Part shown: positions 17,996 through 24,740 of the stretch, in pieces
Layout of the letters: each line of letters starts with the position of its first letter
Numbering within the stretch: position 1 is the stretch's first letter
DNA from: a virus
Lineage: Duplodnaviria > Caudoviricetes
Reading direction: 5' to 3' (one strand)
DNA length: 60,122 nt
Virus record (IMG/VR): IMGVR_UViG_3300046718_000378
Coordinates: 1-60,122 of that record
The notes under the pieces: generated by a model
What the model saw: the letters and a program-made list of their open reading frames with translations, nothing else
Told to the model about the DNA's origin: nothing
Database searches by the model: none
Translations under genes and position numbers: made by a program

Positions 17996-18808
17996 CTAGG
18001 CACCGCGTGCGAATGCGAGCAGCTCGGCACGCGTCATTGCTTCGCCCACAATCGTCCATTCCCACGATGCGATGTATCCAGACTCGGTATAGGTCATGTC
18101 CACGCTAGCGCGCTCGTGAACCATATCCTGCACCTCATCAGAGTCGCGATCGGCGTGTTGTTCCTCAGTCAGCTCGCCGTCTGCCAACATTTCGTCGCGT
18201 GTGGCGTCCATTTCCAGGTCCGTAAACATGCCCGGCGCGACGTCCAGCAGCTTGCTAGCGGCTTCCTCGAGTGCGTCCTCGATCGACACGCCAGGGCGCG
18301 TGTTCTCGTATGGCACTGCCACGTACGTGGCCCCGTAAGCGCCGAACGCGAACACCACGAAGCGGTCGCTATCTGCCGTTACGCGCTCGTTTAGTGGGCC
18401 AGAGTCGGTAAGGTGCACCTTGCGATGCCGTCCTTTTGACTCCTCTGCGAGGTCGGACACGAACCGTTCCCAGTCGCGGTCCCTTGAATATTCCTCAGTC
18501 TCCCAGAAACCGAAATCTGCGCCGTCACCTTCATGCGCACCAAAGCAGTATCCTTCCGGGGCAGCGTCGTTAAGCGCGTCAAACAGGCATTCGTTTACGA
18601 ACCAGCCAGCATCCTCAGTGGCCCAATAATCAGCCGAGCGACCTTCATCGATGGCGCGCAAGTAGTCCGGCGTGATGCCTGCGGGGAACGCAAGCTGCTG
18701 GTAGGCCGCGGGGGCAACCGTTTCCAGTGCTTCAAGAAAGGCGTTTGCGAGATCGTACAGGTTGAGAGTGCCGTGTGATACAGTTCCGGGAACGAATGCT
18801 TTGGTCAT
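17996..18808 (-). CDS. Acidic early protein
   Basis: 270 aa, D/E-rich; GTVSHGTL...FGAHEGDGADFGFW resembles a recurrent phage early domain. Confidence 0.75.
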   Translation of the reverse strand: MTKAFVPGTVSHGTLNLYDLANAFLEALETVAPAAYQQLAFPAGITPDYLRAIDEGRSADYWATEDAGWFVNECLFDALNDAAPEGYCFGAHEGDGADFGFWETEEYSRDRDWERFVSDLAEESKGRHRKVHLTDSGPLNERVTADSDRFVVFAFGAYGATYVAVPYENTRPGVSIEDALEEAASKLLDVAPGMFTDLEMDATRDEMLADGELTEEQHADRDSDEVQDMVHERASVDMTYTESGYIASWEWTIVGEAMTRAELLAFARGA

Positions 18809-18849
18809 GGTTGCGGGCTCCTTTGGTGCGGTTTGCGGGGTGTCAGAAC

Positions 18850-18878
18850 ATTACGCGCCTTGCGGCGCTGCTAGTCAA
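18850..18878 (-). promoter_or_regulatory. Sigma70-type early promoter
   Basis: TTGACT-N17-CGTAAT. Confidence 0.75.
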
Positions 18879-19018
18879 GCGGCCTGTGCAGCTACCGTAA
18901 CGGCGACATGCTTGGCATCGTAAGCAGCGCCCTTGCGGGCCCGGTGCGACACCGGCGCGAGCCATCCCGTGTGGACTGCGGGGAGGTACGAGACGCGTGC
19001 GAAGGGGACGTTTGCCAT
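18875..19018 (-). CDS. Early hypothetical protein (47 aa, MANVPFARV...AQAA)
   Basis: Own promoter and leader; stop overlaps next -35. Confidence 0.6.
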   Translation of the reverse strand: MANVPFARVSYLPAVHTGWLAPVSHRARKGAAYDAKHVAVTVAAQAA

Positions 19019-19054
19019 GGTTGCGGGCTCCTTTTGGTGCCTGGTGACTTAGCC

Positions 19055-19083
19055 ATTACGCGCTTGTTCGGCGCCGATGGCAA
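19055..19083 (-). promoter_or_regulatory. Sigma70-type early promoter
   Basis: TTGCCA-N17-CGTAAT. Confidence 0.75.
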
Positions 19084-19092
19084 GCGCTATCT

Positions 19093-19488
19093 TCAGCGCG
19101 TCGCCTGGACAGATCCCCATGCGCCAGCCGTGCTCGTATAGGCGGCAACAGCACGCGTTTTACCGTGCGCGTCGATTTGGTCGCGCATGCTGACGTGCAG
19201 CTGCGTGCCCTGGTAGTCGCGGGCCGTCACGACGTTGCGCGCGATGCCGTCTGCACGGTTCTGTGCGTCCTTGACCATGGCGTCAGCTACCTGGACATGC
19301 TCACTGCTTCCGGCAGCCGCATAGGCCGCTTTAGCGCGTGCGTAGTGGGCCTGTGCGCGCGCTGTGTTGCCAAGCGCAAGCTCGGTCTTAGCAGCGGCCA
19401 GCTGGCGGTAGGCTTGCGCCATGAAGCGATTGGTCGCGGTCGTGGCAGCGGCTTCAAGTGCGGGTATGGACATTTGGCAGATAGTCAT
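19093..19488 (-). CDS. Early hypothetical protein
   Basis: 131 aa Ala-rich helical; leader GCACCCAAAGGAGCC. Confidence 0.65.
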   Translation of the reverse strand: MTICQMSIPALEAAATTATNRFMAQAYRQLAAAKTELALGNTARAQAHYARAKAAYAAAGSSEHVQVADAMVKDAQNRADGIARNVVTARDYQGTQLHVSMRDQIDAHGKTRAVAAYTSTAGAWGSVQATR

Positions 19489-19691
19489 GTGCAGGCTCCT
19501 TTGGGTGCGTGGCGTGGACAGACTAATCATCGGGCGCCGCGGCGCCTGACTAAACCACAAACTGTACGGACGGCGCGCTAGCGTACCAAACGGTCGATTT
19601 GCTGTTTTCGAGGCTATCGCGGCACCCGATCGGCGTGAGACAATGGATTGACGCCCTACGCACGCTAACGTGGGCGAACATACCGTGCGCT

Positions 19692-19739
19692 TGGCACGCA
19701 TCTTTCCGCTACAGGTTTGGCCGGCAACAGCCGTACTCT
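19692..19739 (+). promoter_or_regulatory. Upstream box copy 3 plus -10 TACTCT
   Basis: Precedes leader GCACCCAAAGGAGCCCGCCAC-ATG. Confidence 0.65.
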
Positions 19740-19778
19740 TGAACAGACACAGCAACCGCACCCAAAGGAGCCCGCCAC

Positions 19779-19982
19779 ATGTCGAAGACCAACATCCGCA
19801 CGATTCACAAGCTTACGCTCACGAGCGACGTCCTCAGCAAGGTTCCCGCCCACGACCTGCGAACGCTTGCACGAGGCAACAGGGCGCTGGCAAAGGCGCA
19901 CAAGACTGGCGACGCGCAAGCGTTCGCAGCAGCAGCCAGCGCATTCTCAGAGCTGGGCATCCACTTTCTAGTGTGGGCCTGA
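19779..19982 (+). CDS. Early hypothetical protein
   Basis: 67 aa with the conserved leader. Confidence 0.65.
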   Translation: MSKTNIRTIHKLTLTSDVLSKVPAHDLRTLARGNRALAKAHKTGDAQAFAAAASAFSELGIHFLVWA

Positions 19983-20018
19983 CCCACAAGGGGGGGGCGC
20001 CAGCCCCGGTGTGCGCTC

Positions 20019-20304
20019 GGCGCCTACATCGGCCCGATGCAAGGCGCGGGCCACCTACACCGCGGTGCCTACACCCCGACCGGGGGTGCGCACATCCCCG
20101 CCGCTTAGGCGCACCGCACTCCGCATGTGCGCACCCCGCCTGCATGTCGGTGGCGCGCATATATGCGCCTACATCGGGATGTGCGCACCTATGCGCGCGC
20201 CACCGACCGCGGCGCCGGCCGCGTACCCGCGTGGCTGATCGGCTGATCGAGGGAGCTCTCTGGGAGCTCTTTTTTCGGGAGCTCTCGTCAAATACGGTAG
20301 CTCT
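20019..20304. repeat. Non-coding repeat/hairpin cluster
   Basis: CCTACAYC x4, GTGCGCAC x3, 13-bp stem 20146-20158/20195-20207, GGGAGCTCT x3. Confidence 0.7.
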
Positions 20305-20361
20305 TTCGCGTAGTTACACGACCCGCTTGCGCGTGAGTGGGAGCAGCTGCATGATGTGAGC

Positions 20362-20832
20362 ATGCAGTACATCATCGCAACCGACGAAACAGGCAACCAT
20401 CAACGCGTGACAGTGGACGACGAGAGCTTCGCGGAGCTCTCGCAGTACCGCTGGAGAGTGGTCAAGGGCTACGTCGTAGCCGGCAAGCTTCGCATCCACC
20501 GGCTGGTGGTCGGGGTTCACGAAATACCCGCCAGCGTCCTGGAAGTCGACCACATCAACAACGATAAGCTCGACAACCGCCGCGCGAACCTGCGTCTCGC
20601 GACCAAGGCCCAAAACCAGCGAAACCAGCCGCTTCGCAAGGACAACAAGTCGGGCGTCAAGGGAGTCAGTTGGGACGCCAAGTGCGAGCTCTGGGAGGTC
20701 CGCGTCAAGGTCAACGGGAAGCAGAAGTTCGGCGGTCGGTTTGCGCTGCTGGCGGAAGCAACGCAGGCCGCCAAGAACCTCAGAGAGCTCTTGCACGGCC
20801 GATTCGCGAACCACGGCACCAAGGCCGCCTAG
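20362..20832 (+). CDS. HNH endonuclease with C-terminal AP2 domain
   Basis: IHRLV...VDHINNDKLDNRRANLR; SGVKGVSW...WEVRVKVNGK. Confidence 0.9.
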   Translation: MQYIIATDETGNHQRVTVDDESFAELSQYRWRVVKGYVVAGKLRIHRLVVGVHEIPASVLEVDHINNDKLDNRRANLRLATKAQNQRNQPLRKDNKSGVKGVSWDAKCELWEVRVKVNGKQKFGGRFALLAEATQAAKNLRELLHGRFANHGTKAA

Positions 20833-20837
20833 CGGTA

Positions 20838-21944
20838 TCACTCGCTGGCCTTGCGCCGGCTGCGCTTGACTTCGGCCAGCACCGCTTCGGCCAGCTCGGG
20901 GTCACCCACCGCGACGGCGGCACCGTGGACCGTGACCAGCGCTGCATCGGTCTCGTCGGGGTCATAAGCCAGCGAGCCAGGGGGCGGCACGCTGGGGTGT
21001 TGTGGGGCGGAGTCGTAGTCGATGCGTGACTGGCGCTCCACGTTTTGCTGGCCGTTGGCCTGGGCCATCAACGACTGGAGCGACTTGTGCCGAGCAGGCT
21101 CCAGCTCGACCTCGTGCTCACCGGGCGCGATCGACGCGCGCTCGATCGCTTGGTAGTCCGGGCGAGACGAGCGCGCGATCCGCAAGGGCCTATCCTCGTG
21201 CACGGCCTGCAAGCAGTTGAGCGCGATGTCGAAGCGCGCCTTGATGCCCGCCTGGCCCGCCCCCAGCTTGGCAAACTCCCGCGAACGGTTCGCGAGCGCA
21301 CGCATGGGGTCGGTCTCTTGCGGCTCTGTCCACGGGCCGTTGTTCACAAGGCGTTCTGCGGCGTCCAAGGTCTCGGACCATCCTAGGGACGCACACCAGG
21401 CGAAGGCAGCCGCCACGGCCGGCGTGTAGCGCCTGGCGACCCCTAAGAACAACTCCAGCTCGGTCTGGTGCAGCAGTGCGTATTGTGCGGCTTCGGTGTT
21501 GGATGTGCGGGCGTGGCTGTACACCACCTGCAGGATTGCGCGCGACATGGCCACGATGCGCGGGGCATCCTTGGTCACGCCACCCATGGCCAGGATCTGG
21601 CCACCCGTGCGTTTGCGGTGTTGGTCGATGGTGCCGAACGCTTCGTTGGCTACGCCGTGGGCCACCATGATGGGCGCGGCGATACCGGCCTCTACGATCG
21701 CCGTGAGCCGGTGCTGGCCGTCAATGAGCCCGCCGTCCGGGGCGAAGGCCACGCCCTGGTGGTGGACCTGCCAGCGGCCCTCTTCGAGCTCGCGGCGGAG
21801 CTCGCGCACGTACGGGCGGCTGATGGGGCGGTTTGGGTCTGCGCGTTTGAGAATCTCTTCAGCGCGCTCGGGAGTCATTAGCTCCACTTTTGCAGTGATT
21901 GCGGGGTGTTCGTAGTCGAAGGATGCTGCGACGGCCGTTTGCAT
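20838..21944 (-). CDS. ParB/Srx-like (DGQHR) domain protein
   Basis: TPERA..IL...NRPI...GRW...LIDGQHRL.AI; promoter TTGACA...TACGGT and SD AGGAG upstream. Confidence 0.8.
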   Translation of the reverse strand: MQTAVAASFDYEHPAITAKVELMTPERAEEILKRADPNRPISRPYVRELRRELEEGRWQVHHQGVAFAPDGGLIDGQHRLTAIVEAGIAAPIMVAHGVANEAFGTIDQHRKRTGGQILAMGGVTKDAPRIVAMSRAILQVVYSHARTSNTEAAQYALLHQTELELFLGVARRYTPAVAAAFAWCASLGWSETLDAAERLVNNGPWTEPQETDPMRALANRSREFAKLGAGQAGIKARFDIALNCLQAVHEDRPLRIARSSRPDYQAIERASIAPGEHEVELEPARHKSLQSLMAQANGQQNVERQSRIDYDSAPQHPSVPPPGSLAYDPDETDAALVTVHGAAVAVGDPELAEAVLAEVKRSRRKASE

Positions 21945-22416
21945 TGGGTGCTCCTGTGCGTGATTGATAAGCCGACCGTAGGCGCCTGCAAGGCGGGTGT
22001 CAAGGCTGTTTTGCGATCGTCACGCGGTAGGAGCGCGAACGGAGGGCAGCGCGCAACCCGATAGCGAGCCGTGGCACTAGGTGTCGCGTATGGTCGTTTT
22101 TCCCTTGCATCTGCGATCCAGACAACCTAAGCAGGTGGTGGCGCGTGCCCGGCGCGCTGGATCAGCAGTGGCCTTACCCAGGCCGCAAGTGCGGAAAAGC
22201 CGAAAGGCCAAAATGCCGGGCACTTTCCTACACCCGCCTCACTTAGGCAGGCGCACAACCCGGCGTGCGTAGCGATGGTGTACGGGAGAAGACAACCGCC
22301 CCCAGAGCGCGAGGCCCGACGAACTGCCAGGGCCGGACGTAGCAGGAGCTATCGCACCTACGCCTTCGGGCGCACGCCATACACAGGCGGAAAAGCCGGG
22401 GGCCTACCCTGCGCGA

Positions 22417-22482
22417 ATGTAAGCAGGCGGTGGGGGCAGGCGCCTGCAGCCTACAGACCCCATGTAAGCAGGCGGTGGGGGC
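22417..22482. repeat. 21-bp direct repeat pair with 24-bp spacer
   Basis: ATGTAAGCAGGCGGTGGGGGC at 22417-22437 and 22462-22482. Confidence 0.85.
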
Positions 22483-22483
22483 G

Positions 22484-22741
22484 CTAGACCCAGTAGTAGT
22501 CTTCGAGGCTGAGCTCGGCAGCATAGTCGTCGGGCTCGGCGACCACTACAGGCGGCATGGGGTCGCTAAGGCGCCTGCAGGGTCCGTGGACGCCTTCGCC
22601 CCAGGGACACGACTCCGTGGACGGGTAGTGCTCGCCGTGGACGCTACAACGCACCAGGCCGCCGCCCTGGGCGCCGTGGTTGCGCCGCACGTTGCGCTGG
22701 AGGTGATCGCCCAGCAGCCGGAGCTCTTCGCGCTTGGTCAT
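22484..22741 (-). CDS. Hypothetical protein
   Basis: MTKREELRLL...; ATGA-coupled to upstream ORF. Confidence 0.55.
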   Translation of the reverse strand: MTKREELRLLGDHLQRNVRRNHGAQGGGLVRCSVHGEHYPSTESCPWGEGVHGPCRRLSDPMPPVVVAEPDDYAAELSLEDYYWV

Positions 22742-22866
22742 GCTGCCTCCTTGATGCGGAACACGCCCGACTCGTCGATGCCTAGGTACGGGCGCTCCCG
22801 CGCCCTGGCCCCGTGATAGGCGCAGAAGGCGATATCCGCGAGCACCTTCCACCACACGCGGGTCAC
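22738..22866 (-). CDS. Small hypothetical protein (42 aa)
   Basis: GTGA- and ATGA-coupled on both sides. Confidence 0.5.
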   Translation of the reverse strand: MTRVWWKVLADIAFCAYHGARARERPYLGIDESGVFRIKEAA

Positions 22867-23144
22867 AGCTGCGCCGCCACTTGGCTGCAGATTGCGTAGA
22901 TGAGACCGCCCAGGCCGATGGAGAAGAGCAGGAGCCCCACACGAGCCTTGGCGATGGCGCTAGCGGTGTAGACATCTACCCCGAACAGAAAGTCGGTCAG
23001 CGTGATTATGCCTGACAGCAGGAGGCAGAGACTGAGTATTTGGATGGCCAGCATGTGTACAACCTCGATGCTCCATTCTGCACTTTCGTCAGAAGCCGCG
23101 TCAAGGGTCGCGCGCACGGTGTACCTCAGCTTCCTTCCCTCCAC
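22863..23144 (-). CDS. Membrane protein (2 TM)
   Basis: Two hydrophobic helices; alternative start at 23054. Confidence 0.6.
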   Translation of the reverse strand: MEGRKLRYTVRATLDAASDESAEWSIEVVHMLAIQILSLCLLLSGIITLTDFLFGVDVYTASAIAKARVGLLLFSIGLGGLIYAICSQVAAQL

Positions 23145-23204
23145 TACGGCTCCCAGCTTCTTGTTTCAGGAGGCTTGATTTCCGCGCGCCTGCGCGCGAC
23201 CCGC

Positions 23205-23348
23205 CTGGCAGACATTGTAAGTGCGCCGGCAGCCTAAGCTTTCCGGGATCTGGCAGACATGGTTGATGTCAAGCTGGCAGACATCCCGGCCGCAGAATCT
23301 GGCAGACCCTGGCAGACATTCAACTTCGTGCTTGACGTCCTGGCAGAC
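23205..23348. repeat. Six direct copies of CTGGCAGAC (iteron/operator-like)
   Basis: Starts at 23205, 23250, 23274, 23299, 23309, 23340. Confidence 0.85.
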
Positions 23349-23569
23349 TTGGCCGAGCATTGCTGAGTGTCGAACAGCGAGCTTCCTACAGGCGTCAGAC
23401 AGATGCCGCGCACCAGCCCACCTCTCTACGAGTGGAGGCTTATCGTGGCAGGCGTAGCGTACAGAGGCTGTACGGACGCGCTGGGGGTTACGTACACATG
23501 TCCGTACGCGTGCGCCAAAGCACGCGCAGCCTTCGCGGCATCGGCACTATCACACGCAGGAGTACCCAA

Positions 23570-24706
23570 ATGAACAAGCAACTAGACATCGAAGCCGTCA
23601 TATCCCGCCTCCCTTTCCGCCAGTACGTAGGCCCTCGCGGCACGCTCACGTGCAAGCACAACGCGCTGCAGGCCAAGGTGGACGAGCTATACCCGCCCGC
23701 GTATCTGTCCAGCCGTCAGTCGGCGTGGTGTGAGTACGCTGCCGAAGAAGGGCCGGTTTACCGCATGTCGGGTGGTCGTGGCGAGGCCGCATACACACCC
23801 GACCAGTGCCGCGCGATCCTCAATCGCGTTCGCGTCAACGCTGGCGGCGTCCCACACGTGCACGAGGTCAACCAGGCCGCCAAGGAACGCCGGCTAGCGC
23901 TCAAGATGTTGCTTCCGCCCCTGCCGCCTAAGGCAGCCCAGCCCGTAGCCGCCCAGGAGACTGTGCCCGAGGCAGCCGGCACTGCCATCGCGCTCTCGGT
24001 GGCAGACATCCAGACGGTGGCCCAAGTCGAGGTGCTCGACCACGTAACGCTCGCTCGAAACCTCGGGTACGGGGACAAGGAGAACGCGAAGAACTTCCGC
24101 GAGTTCGTCAAGGGCACGTTGGCAAAAGACCCAGGCTTTCAGCATCTTGGAACCCTCGCGGAGGGCTCCGCGACCGTTCCCGGAGGCAACGGCGCCGTCA
24201 ACACCCGGGCCGTCTACTACTTCACGGAGGAGCAAGCGCTCTACGCCACGGCCAAGTCTCACAAGCCCGAGGCAGCCCGGTTGACCCTCGCCATGGTCAA
24301 GACGTTCGCAGCGTACCGCCAAGGCAAGCTCCAGCCCACGGAGCCTAGCGCTGGCCTCGTGCTCGGGCGGATGTCTGAGGTTGTCGAGCTGCTGGCCAAG
24401 CGCCTGGTCGCTCACGATGACCGCTTCCAAGAACTGGTCAGCGTCCAGGAGGTCGAGCGCGTTCGGGTGACCGACCTGGCAGCACGTATCTCCAGGCTGG
24501 AGGACGGGCGCCTGGCGGAGGCCACGCCAGACAACTCCAACGGCAAGCGCGTGCCATCCAAGTACGAAGCACAGTGCAAGCACCCTCGACTTCGCGGGCC
24601 GGCTAGCCCGAAGCAGGTGCAGTACGTGACGTCGCTAGGGTATGTGGTTCCTGGGTTGACCAAGGCGCAGGCGCACTGGTTGATCAGCAACCACTACGCT
24701 GCTTGA
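23570..24706 (+). CDS. Antirepressor-like regulatory protein
   Basis: LARNLGY...YYFTEEQALYATAKSHKPEA...VKTF.AYR resembles phage antirepressor (Rha-like) domains; SD AGGAG. Confidence 0.65.
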   Translation: MNKQLDIEAVISRLPFRQYVGPRGTLTCKHNALQAKVDELYPPAYLSSRQSAWCEYAAEEGPVYRMSGGRGEAAYTPDQCRAILNRVRVNAGGVPHVHEVNQAAKERRLALKMLLPPLPPKAAQPVAAQETVPEAAGTAIALSVADIQTVAQVEVLDHVTLARNLGYGDKENAKNFREFVKGTLAKDPGFQHLGTLAEGSATVPGGNGAVNTRAVYYFTEEQALYATAKSHKPEAARLTLAMVKTFAAYRQGKLQPTEPSAGLVLGRMSEVVELLAKRLVAHDDRFQELVSVQEVERVRVTDLAARISRLEDGRLAEATPDNSNGKRVPSKYEAQCKHPRLRGPASPKQVQYVTSLGYVVPGLTKAQAHWLISNHYAA

Positions 24707-24740
24707 CCTGCAGCCCTGAAACCTGCCACGCTGGGTGACG

